From a virus (lineage: Duplodnaviria; Heunggongvirae; Uroviricota; Caudoviricetes), in the IMG/VR virus record IMGVR_UViG_3300015177_000009, positions 1 to 40,085 of that record: a DNA stretch of 40,085 bases; one strand, 5' to 3'. The position numbers and the translations under genes were made by a program. The notes below the pieces were generated by a model that was not told the DNA's origin, did not search any database, and was given only the letters and a program-made list of their open reading frames with translations. Below, in pieces: positions 30,221-38,960 of this stretch; within the stretch, counting starts at the first letter, position 1, and each line of letters begins with the position of its first letter.

Positions 30221-30295
30221 TGATCAAATGATCAAGTGATCACTATTTGACCTGATAAGGTATTGAACTGTATGGATTTACAGGTAAATTGATCA
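30221..30295. promoter_or_regulatory. GATC/TGATCA cluster in the cre upstream region (Dam-sensitive promoter region)
   Basis: Four TGATCA hexamers at 30221, 30229, 30237 and 30290, within about 100 bp of loxP. Confidence 0.5.
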
Positions 30296-30313
30296 TGTTC
30301 AATAACCCTTAAT

Positions 30314-30347
30314 ATAACTTCGTATAATGTATGCTATACGAAGTTAT
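30314..30347 (+). other. loxP site
   Basis: Exact ATAACTTCGTATA-ATGTATGC-TATACGAAGTTAT. Confidence 0.97.
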
Positions 30348-30390
30348 TAGGTCTGAAGAGGAGTTTACGTCCAGCTGCGCATAAAAATCA

Positions 30391-30407
30391 AGAATTATTA
30401 GAGCAAT
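30391..30407 (-). promoter_or_regulatory. C1 repressor operator (immC region, upstream of coi/c1)
   Basis: AGAATTATTAGAGCAAT, about 15 of 17. Confidence 0.7.
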
Positions 30408-30473
30408 AAATTTTGAGAAAAAAATCCCACTCCACCAGCCAAAAACTGGATTGTTTTTCATAGTTGTTTGACA

Positions 30474-30490
30474 ATTGCTCTAATAAATTA
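30474..30490 (+). promoter_or_regulatory. C1 repressor operator (immC region, upstream of coi/c1)
   Basis: ATTGCTCTAATAAATTA, 16 of 17. Confidence 0.75.
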
Positions 30491-30728
30491 TAGTTTTGCC
30501 GCCGTTACGTAATACGACTTTGGATTCACTATTTAATGTGTCTTCAGCGTTGTAGAGCGGCTCAGAAGGAAATGAGCAAACAGGGAAACCTTATACAACG
30601 GCATTACAGCTATGCATTGCTCATCTTACACACAGCGCAATGTTGTTAGATTACCCCAGCATGGATCATGGGTGAAACAGTAGGTCAGAGCTTCAGGCTC
30701 TGTGTTGTCAATACAGTGAGGCATAATT

Positions 30729-30938
30729 ATGGCTTTCATTCAACCAACCATCGACGACGTTAGACATTGCTCTAACGCTTTATCTGTAGACCCTGCCGAA
30801 ACCGACGCTGCCCGCGCCATTGCTGAACACTACTCAAAGATATCCAATCAGGAGTACCGCATCACCCAAGACGACCTGGATGACCTCACTGACACAATCG
30901 AATATCTCATGGCAACTAACCAGTTAGACTCACAATAA
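30729..30938 (+). CDS. coi: Coi, C1 inactivator
   Basis: 69-aa ORF directly upstream of c1; size and position match P1 coi. Confidence 0.75.
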   Translation: MAFIQPTIDDVRHCSNALSVDPAETDAARAIAEHYSKISNQEYRITQDDLDDLTDTIEYLMATNQLDSQ

Positions 30939-30954
30939 ATGCACTAATAAATCT
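30938..30954 (+). promoter_or_regulatory. Possible weak C1 operator between coi and c1
   Basis: AATGCACTAATAAATCT, about 14 of 17 with the CTAATAAAT core intact. Confidence 0.35.
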
Positions 30955-31048
30955 ATTATTTTTGTTTGATCCCTCTATAATATAGGTCAGTAATGACCGG
31001 TTTTCTCAGCCGGGCGTTATTGACCATGTCAATTCTGGAGGAGGATCA

Positions 31049-31900
31049 ATGATAAATTATGTCTACGGCGAACAACTGTACCAGGAGTTCGTCAGCTTCA
31101 GGGATCTCTTTCTAAAAAAAGCTGTTGCACGCGCCCAACACGTTGATACAGCCAGCGACGGTCGTCCTGTACGCCCGGTTGTCGTTCTACCGTTCAAAGA
31201 AACTGACAGCATTCAGGCTGAAATTGATAAATGGACTTTAATGGCGCGGGAACTGGAACAGTACCCAGACCTCAATATCCCAAAGACTATTTTATATCCA
31301 GTGCCTAACATCCTTCGCGGTGTGCGTAAGGTTACAACTTATCAGACAGAAGCTGTGAACAGCGTCAACATGACCGCTGGCCGCATTATTCATCTGATTG
31401 ATAAGGACATTCGCATCCAAAAAAGCGCGGGGATCAATGAGCACAGTGCGAAATACATAGAGAACCTGGAAGCAACAAAAGAGCTAATGAAGCAGTACCC
31501 GGAGGATGAAAAATTCCGTATGCGCGTACACGGCTTTAGCGAAACAATGCTGCGCGTCCACTACATTTCCAGTAGCCCTAACTACAATGATGGTAAATCA
31601 GTTAGTTACCATGTGCCACTGTGTGGCGTGTTTATCTGCGATGAAACTCTCCGTGATGGAATCATCATCAACGGTGAATTCGAAAAAGCAAAATTTAGCC
31701 TTTATGACTCCATAGAACCGATCATCTGCGACCGCTGGCCGCAAGCAAAAATATATCGCCTGGCAGATATTGAAAATGTAAAAAAACAAATTGCCATCAC
31801 TCGCGAAGAGAAAAAGGTTAAGTCAGCCGCATCAGTTACGCGCAGCCGTAAAACCAAGAAGGGGCAGCCAGTAAACGACAACCCCGAAAGCGCGCAATAA
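31049..31900 (+). CDS. c1: C1 repressor of lysis
   Basis: 283 aa; N-terminus MINYVYGEQLYQEFVSFRDLFLKK matches P1 C1 as I recall it; GGAGGAGG ribosome-binding site. Confidence 0.93.
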   Translation: MINYVYGEQLYQEFVSFRDLFLKKAVARAQHVDTASDGRPVRPVVVLPFKETDSIQAEIDKWTLMARELEQYPDLNIPKTILYPVPNILRGVRKVTTYQTEAVNSVNMTAGRIIHLIDKDIRIQKSAGINEHSAKYIENLEATKELMKQYPEDEKFRMRVHGFSETMLRVHYISSSPNYNDGKSVSYHVPLCGVFICDETLRDGIIINGEFEKAKFSLYDSIEPIICDRWPQAKIYRLADIENVKKQIAITREEKKVKSAASVTRSRKTKKGQPVNDNPESAQ

Positions 31901-31932
31901 ATTATGCCCGGCATCAACCGGGCATTCTTCCA
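31901..31932. terminator. Bidirectional hairpin terminator between convergent c1 and the antirepressor-like gene
   Basis: 8-bp stem ATGCCCGG / CCGGGCAT with loop CATCAA; T-rich on both sides. Confidence 0.5.
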
Positions 31933-33045
31933 TTATTCAGCCGCCACCGGTTTTAACAAGCCAGCATCGAGCAGTTTACGCGTCAACCACTGCTGGCCTT
32001 TACCCGTTAATTGAGGCGTCAACCGTATCTGGTAGCCATCTTCATCATCCAGCACCACTTCTTTCACCGTGAAATACCCCGCATTGATGTACTGCTGGAA
32101 CGGCACATTTTTACGTCCACCGGACGCTATCAGGATGCCGTTCTCCCGTAACCAGGCAAACAGCGCGTTTTGCTTAAGTCCAACAACCTTTGCAAAATTC
32201 CCAATCAGGATCCCTTTAGCTACTGATACCCGGTCGGCAAAATCGACTTTAGGAGCGGCGGCCACCAGCTGCTGATTTAGCTGGTGGGCTTTCTGTTCCA
32301 GAAGCTGCTTTTGTTCAGCCAGTTCGGCAGCCAGGCGCAGAGCTTCTGGAAGCGTCTGGGGGATTGCAACCGGTTGCTGTTCTTTTTGCCGGAAGTAGCT
32401 GTCTTCCAGTTTTTCAAAGAATGCCCATGCTTCATTTGTGTCCACGATCTTAGACATGCGTGCAGCGCCGCGCTCTGTCCAGAGTGTAAGGCTTCTGGCG
32501 TTCTTACCAACAGAGTAACTTCCGGTTACTCTGTTCTTAAATTCTCTTAATTTTAAACCAGTTAGAAGAAAGTAATGCTTACCTTCTTCAAAGCGGTCAA
32601 GGTTGCGAGACAAATTGTTGCGAATATTGGCTTCATCGACCCCATACCCTCTAGCAAGAGTTTCGGTTGTCACGACACGTACTCCCTGCCATTCCAGAAC
32701 GGGAATTTCATCCGGCTGATTCTGAACAACCACCAGTTCCGATTCCTGAACTGAAGGTGCATAAATTTTTTCTGATTTAACGTTAGTTGCTTTCATTCTG
32801 TGTGCCTCCTTGCGTGCTTCGGCTGCGACGGTTGCGTAATTCAGATGACCCTGTTCGAGCAGGTATTCACGGATATCGGTTAGCAGAATGCGGTGAACCG
32901 CGTGTTTGTCCTTTCTCCGGTAAAGTTGTTTGGTGATCATGAAGTAGTTGGCAATAACGCCCGGTATATCCCTGGTACTGATACAGGCAGTGTGCTGTTC
33001 AATTGCCTCGATCATCTCTTCACGGGTGACTAATGACGTTCTCAT
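31933..33045 (-). CDS. Antirepressor-like protein (ORF6N/Bro-N-like central domain plus KilA-C/ANT-like C-terminus)
   Basis: Central GVRVVTTETLARGYGVDEANIRNNLSRN…HYFLLTG and C-terminal VSVAKGILIGNFAKVVGLKQNALFAWLRENGIL resemble phage antirepressor domains; ATGA overlap with the upstream small ORF. Confidence 0.65.
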   Translation of the reverse strand: MRTSLVTREEMIEAIEQHTACISTRDIPGVIANYFMITKQLYRRKDKHAVHRILLTDIREYLLEQGHLNYATVAAEARKEAHRMKATNVKSEKIYAPSVQESELVVVQNQPDEIPVLEWQGVRVVTTETLARGYGVDEANIRNNLSRNLDRFEEGKHYFLLTGLKLREFKNRVTGSYSVGKNARSLTLWTERGAARMSKIVDTNEAWAFFEKLEDSYFRQKEQQPVAIPQTLPEALRLAAELAEQKQLLEQKAHQLNQQLVAAAPKVDFADRVSVAKGILIGNFAKVVGLKQNALFAWLRENGILIASGGRKNVPFQQYINAGYFTVKEVVLDDEDGYQIRLTPQLTGKGQQWLTRKLLDAGLLKPVAAE

Positions 33046-33263
33046 AGTCCCTCCTGAGCAGAAGCGTTAACAGGGAGGCACCAGTAACTGAGAGAATTGC
33101 GCGAATCGGTAGAAAAGCGGGCAGAGAAAATACAGGGAGCATCCGGAAGCTGAGAACGTGCCTCATCTTCTGTCGGTGCAATAACGAAGTGATAGTGACG
33201 TTTTTGGCAGGAGTAAAAGCGCCAGATAAATTCAGAATGAGCAGGGGTAGGGATAGTAGCCAC
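33042..33263 (-). CDS. Small protein translationally coupled to the antirepressor-like gene
   Basis: 73-aa ORF with AAGGAGG ribosome-binding site about 8 nt before its GTG start; stop overlaps the downstream ATG. Confidence 0.45.
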   Translation of the reverse strand: MATIPTPAHSEFIWRFYSCQKRHYHFVIAPTEDEARSQLPDAPCIFSARFSTDSRNSLSYWCLPVNASAQEGL

Positions 33264-33448
33264 AATGGCAGCCTCCTTTTGCTAATTTAAGGAGCTACCG
33301 CGTGAGGTCTCAATCTCAATGGCGGTAGCACTGACTGGGTTGAGACTACCGGCGCAAAAGGGAACCGGCCTGCCTTTCGGCAGCCCAGCCAGCACTACCA
33401 TTGATCTCTGAGCTAAACGCTACGTATGGCTGTGCGATGGCATGACAC

Positions 33449-33471
33449 AAAAAAAAGACGCTTTTGGCGTC
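33449..33471 (-). terminator. Intrinsic terminator downstream of pacB
   Basis: On the minus strand: GACGC-CAAAA-GCGTC hairpin followed by eight T. Confidence 0.6.
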
Positions 33472-33603
33472 TGTGTCGCCTTTTGCATTATCCGGGGTCT
33501 CAATCCCGGCACCCGTTTTAATGAGGTGCCTGATAAGCATAAACCGAAAATGCCTCAAGGCGCAAGAGGTCAGGTTCAATGTAACATCGGCAGTTAAAAA
33601 ACA

Positions 33604-33620
33604 CAATTTATTAGAGCAAA
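33604..33620 (-). promoter_or_regulatory. C1 repressor operator immediately after the pacB stop codon
   Basis: CAATTTATTAGAGCAAA, about 15 of 17. Confidence 0.65.
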
Positions 33621-33623
33621 TAT

Positions 33624-35108
33624 TCATTCATTAAGCCATGCCAGAGCTTCATCAACCTGCGCTTCGTCTTCGACGCTAAGCACTTCATCCTGGGGAACAT
33701 AATCCGCCAGCATAGCGAAACAATATGTATCCCAATGGTCTGGTGAGTGCAGGTTGAGTTTTTTCTTCATATCCTCCTTACTCATCACCTTCCATTGACC
33801 TGCGGAGTTAATCCCTACAGGGATTTTCGACGCTTCCTCAATAGTTTCATTACCCTTATCCAGTCTCATACGACCAGATTTTACGGCCTCTGCGGCTTGA
33901 ACGTTGGCATAAGCACGTTTATCAAAGTACAGGCTCTTATCTTCACGGCTATGCATCTTTTTACCCCAGCGTATACGCTGTACGGTAATACCATAATACT
34001 CGTACATCAGATCCGCCGTTGCTTTACCCAGGCCATCGCCGTCTATCGCTATGGTGATATTTGGGAATCGCTCAGGATTACATTCTGCGAAAATTTTGGC
34101 GGCAAGCTGCGTTTCTGTAACGTCTGTGTATTCCAGCATTCGATAGTTGATTACACGGCGTTTATTTCGCTGGCCGGACACCATCATGATATTGATAACG
34201 GACTTATCCCGTCCCGTACCACCAGCAACGTCCACACATGCAAGCCAGCCCCATCCTTTGGCAATCTTGACTTTCCGCCGCGTTGCGCGTTCAACCTCAT
34301 CACGTCCAAGAAGGAAGCCATCCTGTGATTTAGGGAATAGGCCGCGTACCTTAATCATGTACATAGGGTTATCACGCCCGCCGTACTCCGCCAGCTTCAT
34401 TTTGATAAATGCTGGCGTTACCAGCGGTGATTCCTCACTGTTAAGCGTGATCGCCGTATAAACGCCATCAGGGTTACCAGGACGCTTGGCCAGTTTATGG
34501 TGTGTATCGTAGAAATAGCCGCTTGGGCGTGTAGGCTGTGACAGTAATAAGATGCGGTTATCCTGTCCGGTAAGAGCACCGGTGATGATACCGAAAGCTC
34601 TATCACTGACACCGGAGGCTTCATCGATAATATACAGAAGATGATCTGCGTGTTCACCGGCGAGAGCTTCTTCACTTCCCAGACGAAAGCCCTTCGGTAC
34701 TACAGTCCATACACCTTTACCAGTAACCTCATAGAAAGCGGTTTCTGTCAGAACAAAATAATCAGCAAGCCATGGGAAACGGCTGGTGGCAGTAGCCCAG
34801 TTTATCTTGATGTACTTGAATATACCGGTCATTACCTGCTGAATTTTGTTCGCAACGATAATAGCGCGGGCACCGGGATACATGATTATGAACAACATGA
34901 TCATGATAGAAGTCATGTCTGATTTCCCGGTACCGTGACCAGACGAAACAGATGTCTTGCTACCCTGTTCCTGCACAGACTCAATAATCAGATCCTGCTG
35001 CCAGGTAGGTGTTTTGCCGAACAAAACATCAGCGGCCGCAATCCAGTCATAACGATATAGCGCCACCAGCTCGCGCCAACGTGGATCCGTTACGCAACTT
35101 CTGGCCAT
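33624..35108 (-). CDS. pacB: Terminase / pacase large subunit PacB
   Basis: 494-aa ORF overlapping the pacA stop; size and position match P1 PacB. Confidence 0.88.
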   Translation of the reverse strand: MARSCVTDPRWRELVALYRYDWIAAADVLFGKTPTWQQDLIIESVQEQGSKTSVSSGHGTGKSDMTSIMIMLFIIMYPGARAIIVANKIQQVMTGIFKYIKINWATATSRFPWLADYFVLTETAFYEVTGKGVWTVVPKGFRLGSEEALAGEHADHLLYIIDEASGVSDRAFGIITGALTGQDNRILLLSQPTRPSGYFYDTHHKLAKRPGNPDGVYTAITLNSEESPLVTPAFIKMKLAEYGGRDNPMYMIKVRGLFPKSQDGFLLGRDEVERATRRKVKIAKGWGWLACVDVAGGTGRDKSVINIMMVSGQRNKRRVINYRMLEYTDVTETQLAAKIFAECNPERFPNITIAIDGDGLGKATADLMYEYYGITVQRIRWGKKMHSREDKSLYFDKRAYANVQAAEAVKSGRMRLDKGNETIEEASKIPVGINSAGQWKVMSKEDMKKKLNLHSPDHWDTYCFAMLADYVPQDEVLSVEDEAQVDEALAWLNE

Positions 35109-36301
35109 TAATCATCATCCCCGTATAGCTTGCGGGTAACTTCTTCGTCTTCCTCCTCGTCTTCGTCCAGGTCTTGTTCCAGCCATGGGTCGTTTGATAC
35201 ACCTTCAGTATCAACATCTCCATAACCGCCTGTATCAACGATATCGGCGATTTCTTCCCTACGCTGCTCAATCCACAATGCGGCATCGGCGCGGCGGTTG
35301 GCGGCCCGTTCTCGCGCAACTTTGTCCAGATCTTCAAGAGAAGGGCCACCGACGGCTGTTTGCCTTTCCTCATCATCGGTATTGGTCTTAGGAGCACGCA
35401 GATCGGCTTTGATTTGCTCCAGCATCAGGGGGGGAACTTTCCCGCCATGCGCCTCGATGAATTCAGCTGCTTCCAGCACTGACCAGTTATTTTCACGCTT
35501 TCGTTCGTATGCCAGCTTAACAATGCCAGCTTGCCCCATAGACAAAGCGTGCTTTTCCGCCTCCCGGCTTTCTTTTCGATAGTTATTCCGGATGCTGTAA
35601 ATGGTGTTGATCAGGCTGCTTATCTGCGCGGAACAGCTGTTTAGCATGCTCGCGATACGGTATTCAGGCGGAGTACCTTCATCATCGTCTTTTTTCTGAT
35701 CGCGCATTTCCTGCACCAGGCGAATACACGTATCCCTGGCGTTCTCCAGCATAAGGAGATGAGAGAGAGACTTTTCCAGAAGAGTGGTTTCCAGAACATC
35801 AGCCCCGGACCGACGCAACATAGCGCGCGCGGCCTTCCGCGCTTCAACGTTATCTATCAGGTAATCGCCAGCTTCGAATTCAAAGCGTTCACCATCATCA
35901 TCCAGGGTGTCGCGTTCCAGGCGATCACGTAAGGTCCGGTGGGCGCGGGTGATCACGTCATGATCATCAGAACGATCATTTATGCGCTTATTCTGGCGCT
36001 TCGCGTTCTCGACTGCGGCACTGACAACAGCATTAATTCTTTGTTTTTCAGCCATTTCAGCCACAACGTGATCACCTGCACGTTGATCATTAGCGTGATC
36101 AATGATCATGCTTTTTAGTGGCTTCCTGACTGGCTTATTTGGCTTGCGGCTGTCCGCTGTCCTGGTGTCTTCTTTGAAGGCACGGAGATAACGACGTGCG
36201 GTATTAGGGTTAAGATTAAACTCGGCGGCATACTGTGCGATGGTGTAACCACCATCTCGCGCCAGGCGAGCAAAATTCTTCTTGTGATCGTCCCAGGTCA
36301 C
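35108..36301 (-). CDS. pacA: Pacase subunit PacA (contains the pac site)
   Basis: 397-aa ORF with an HTH-like N-terminus; the hexamer-repeat pac site lies inside it. Confidence 0.88.
   Translation of the reverse strand: MTWDDHKKNFARLARDGGYTIAQYAAEFNLNPNTARRYLRAFKEDTRTADSRKPNKPVRKPLKSMIIDHANDQRAGDHVVAEMAEKQRINAVVSAAVENAKRQNKRINDRSDDHDVITRAHRTLRDRLERDTLDDDGERFEFEAGDYLIDNVEARKAARAMLRRSGADVLETTLLEKSLSHLLMLENARDTCIRLVQEMRDQKKDDDEGTPPEYRIASMLNSCSAQISSLINTIYSIRNNYRKESREAEKHALSMGQAGIVKLAYERKRENNWSVLEAAEFIEAHGGKVPPLMLEQIKADLRAPKTNTDDEERQTAVGGPSLEDLDKVARERAANRRADAALWIEQRREEIADIVDTGGYGDVDTEGVSNDPWLEQDLDEDEEEDEEVTRKLYGDDD
35949..36108. other. pac packaging site
   Basis: Three hexamers (TGATCA at 35949 and 35960, CGATCA at 35972) and four TGATCA (36069, 36084, 36096, 36103) flanking an AT-rich spacer of about 90 bp; every hexamer carries a GATC Dam site. 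Confidence 0.8.
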
Positions 36302-36386
36302 TTATGCTTCCTTTCGTAAAAACTCTTTTTGACGCGAGGGTAACGAAAGTCACATGTCAAAAGGCCCGGAACGGGCAAGCAATCAA

Positions 36387-36839
36387 TCAGATACGTGCGG
36401 ATGTGGCATTACCGTAATGACGGTGCTGACGGGCCACCTTATTGAAAAGTTGACGCGCCATTACCCAAGGCTGGTGCTCCCGGCGTTCCTTTTCGTCCTG
36501 CGTCATATAGAGTTCGTTCTGGAGTTTTTCATCAAACCGGCGCGGAGCGCGGCTACGGCGAAAGAATTCAGGATTCAGAGAGTGGATCTGAAATCTACGT
36601 GGGCGTGTACTGTCATCAATCAAAACAGACGAATACTTAGACACAGCGATAGCCTTTAAGCGCAGATAAACATCGCGCTTATCGACATCCAGATGCGGGT
36701 ATTCCTTTTCAAGAATTGCTGCGAGTTCTTTCGCTGATAGAAGAGATTTAGTGCGGATCATGTAATCCGCAATCTCGTACGATGTTATTCGTGAGTGATT
36801 TATTTCCATGAAGTGGCGTCCCTGCCAGTTAAGTAACAT
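36387..36839 (-). CDS. lpa: Late promoter activator (Lpa-like)
   Basis: 150-aa ORF with a C1 operator in its upstream region and pacA downstream, as in P1. Confidence 0.65.
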   Translation of the reverse strand: MLLNWQGRHFMEINHSRITSYEIADYMIRTKSLLSAKELAAILEKEYPHLDVDKRDVYLRLKAIAVSKYSSVLIDDSTRPRRFQIHSLNPEFFRRSRAPRRFDEKLQNELYMTQDEKERREHQPWVMARQLFNKVARQHRHYGNATSARI

Positions 36840-36909
36840 CCTGTCACCTACTGATTAGCCCATGTCAACTAATCAACGTGGAATATAATACCCCAGATTA
36901 AATAAATAG

Positions 36910-36926
36910 CAATACATTAGAGCAAT
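36910..36926 (-). promoter_or_regulatory. C1 repressor operator upstream of lpa
   Basis: CAATACATTAGAGCAAT, about 14 of 17. Confidence 0.65.
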
Positions 36927-36927
36927 T

Positions 36928-37971
36928 TTATCTAACGTTCGACGAGTGACTTGTGATAGCGCCGACTCCAAGCGCGTAATCAAAGAACAATCGTTGATGC
37001 ATCGCCAGCCTACCGTGCGTCTTCTCCCAATTATCGCGGTCACGCTCAATATCACGCTGGCATGACTGGCACAGAGGAATAGCATAAATGTCATGCGCGC
37101 ATAATCGACTATGACGAACGATATAAGGCGTAATGTGAGCGCCAGCTCCCGCAGCTCCACAGCCACAGCATGGACGGGAAGCCACAAAGTCCATGTACTC
37201 AGGCAATTTTAGCGATTGAAGTTTTGGTATTTTGAAATGCGCCATACCTGGGTCGGAGTCAACATCCACAGGGCATACTTTTGCACGCATCGGCGCGGCG
37301 CGTTCTTCCATCATCTGAACATATGCTGTAGCGCGATCGTCATACGGGCGAATATCCGCCTCTTTCAGAGGTCCGCTATCCTGCGTTGCGGCTTTCATCT
37401 TATTTATTGATATACGGCAAACTTCTTCCGGCATCAGGTGCATCATGTTGCGCATGAAAGCCCACCAGCACAGCTCCTGAATACTTAAATCATGCCCATC
37501 TGAAAGGCCCATTTCCTGCCGGGCTACATCCAGTATCCAGTTAACGCGATTATTATGCAGCGTTTCTTTCAGCTCATTAAAACCACGCATCCGGTAATGG
37601 TTATCATGATGCCAGCACAACAACGCCGCGCTATTGTCTCGTTCAGCGTGAACAATATGGCTGTCACACCAGCTACGATCTGCGGCCTGGCATTGCCCCT
37701 CTTTCCTGCGCAACCACGCCACCAGCGCGTCAATTCCACCAAGACGACGAAACACTTCATCGCTGTTAAAAAACGGCTGCAATGCCTCGTTTGTTGCCAT
37801 GGTTTGCTCGGTAACAACGAGGCCGTCTTCCATGTGCTCGATTAACTCACGCGGCACCGGCTCCATAATAAATTTACGGCCAGCCTCCACCAGCTTTCTG
37901 ACCTCCTGATCCACTTTGAACGTGGCGAGGCCAAGCTCTTTCTGTACAAAGGGAGTAATTACGGCTTTCAC
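36928..37971 (-). CDS. PdcB-like protein (post-doc) with Cys/His-rich C-terminus
   Basis: 347-aa ORF downstream of doc/pdcA; C-terminal cluster RPCCGCG…H…CAHD…CQSCQ. Confidence 0.55.
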   Translation of the reverse strand: MKAVITPFVQKELGLATFKVDQEVRKLVEAGRKFIMEPVPRELIEHMEDGLVVTEQTMATNEALQPFFNSDEVFRRLGGIDALVAWLRRKEGQCQAADRSWCDSHIVHAERDNSAALLCWHHDNHYRMRGFNELKETLHNNRVNWILDVARQEMGLSDGHDLSIQELCWWAFMRNMMHLMPEEVCRISINKMKAATQDSGPLKEADIRPYDDRATAYVQMMEERAAPMRAKVCPVDVDSDPGMAHFKIPKLQSLKLPEYMDFVASRPCCGCGAAGAGAHITPYIVRHSRLCAHDIYAIPLCQSCQRDIERDRDNWEKTHGRLAMHQRLFFDYALGVGAITSHSSNVR

Positions 37972-37998
37972 ATCACACCTTTAATCACTGATTGGGCT

Positions 37999-38178
37999 TT
38001 ATCTGCTGCCCGGCATTCTCTGTTTAAGCACAACCATTTCCTGACGGCATAACACAGCAATAGCGGTCCTGACTCCAATTTGCTTACCAACCAGGTATTG
38101 CTTTACCTTGCGGCGACTCACGCCATCAAGAAGCATCTTTAACGCTTCACGGGACAACTTGTTGTATTTACGTGCCAT
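37999..38178 (-). CDS. PdcA-like small protein
   Basis: Small ORF directly after doc; likely start at MARKYNK (listed ORF extends to 38199). Confidence 0.45.
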   Translation of the reverse strand: MARKYNKLSREALKMLLDGVSRRKVKQYLVGKQIGVRTAIAVLCRQEMVVLKQRMPGSR

Positions 38179-38182
38179 TAAT

Positions 38183-38563
38183 CTACTCCGCAGAACCATA
38201 CAATCTACGTAACGTGTCGGCGACAGAAGATACAGATATCTCTCCGGTCGCAGCCCCTACGGTAAGGTCTACCAGTTCAGGTGAATCAAATACCTGCACC
38301 CCGTTACGGCGTAGAAATAGCAGCGCGCTGTTTAGCGCGGTACGCTTATTGGCATCATTGAATATATGCCCTCTCGCTGTAGCCACCAGGTAGGTGGCGG
38401 AGACTTCGAAAAGGTCGGTGATCTCTTCGTAGGCAACTCTGGCCTGAACTCTCCCGATAATGGCCTCTGCCCTACCCGGATCTGACATTCCCGGCAGGCC
38501 GCCGTAGCGGCTTATATTCGCATCATGAAGCGCAATAAGTTCTTCCGGTGATATATGCCTCAT
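38183..38563 (-). CDS. doc: Doc toxin (Fic fold)
   Basis: 126 aa; Fic motif [11 protein letters not shown]; start overlaps the phd stop. Confidence 0.95.
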
Positions 38564-38784
38564 TATCGGTTAACCAGTTCCTTGTTGGTGGAGTCCAGGG
38601 TGTCAAACAGGGATGCAAATTCAGCATCCAGCGCCGCTTTTTTGTAGGCTTCGAAAGTAGCCTTGCTGACAATTACTGCTGGCTCACGGCCTCTGCGGGT
38701 GATTTCAACCTCTTCCCCGGCTTCAACATTGTTGAGCACTTCAGAAAGGTTGCCACGCGCGGTACGGAAGTTAATGGATTGCAT
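38563..38784 (-). CDS. phd: Phd antitoxin
   Basis: 73 aa from [17 protein letters not shown]…; YefM/Phd family. Confidence 0.95.
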
Positions 38785-38830
38785 AAACACCTCGTGTACT
38801 CGTTATGTGTACACAATTATAAACTTCACA
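38785..38830 (-). promoter_or_regulatory. phd-doc promoter with Phd operator palindromes
   Basis: Minus-strand TATAAT (revcomp of 38816-38821) followed by palindromes TGTGTACACA (38806-38815) and GAGTACAC, then GAGG before the phd ATG. Confidence 0.7.
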
Positions 38831-38960
38831 GGCATAAAGCACCAGCACTTTGCAGCTTAACAAACCTCTAGGCAGGTCATTCGTAGCCTAATATCCGAAC
38901 TGCTAAAGCATCCAAGTTGCTGTAGAATCACATCCAATTACATAAGCCTGAAATAAGTGG

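Noticed and set aside
33300-33600. Possible tRNA or retron-like ncRNA in the structured region between pacB and the antirepressor-like operon
   Set aside because: A GGTTCAAT T-loop-like string is present, but no acceptor or T-stem complementarity and no cloverleaf could be built; only terminator and promoter elements are supported.
33346-33627. 93-aa minus-strand ORF downstream of pacB
   Set aside because: Spans the C1 operator and the strong terminator, and has a Cys/Phe/Leu-rich low-complexity translation; the region is better explained as regulatory or non-coding.
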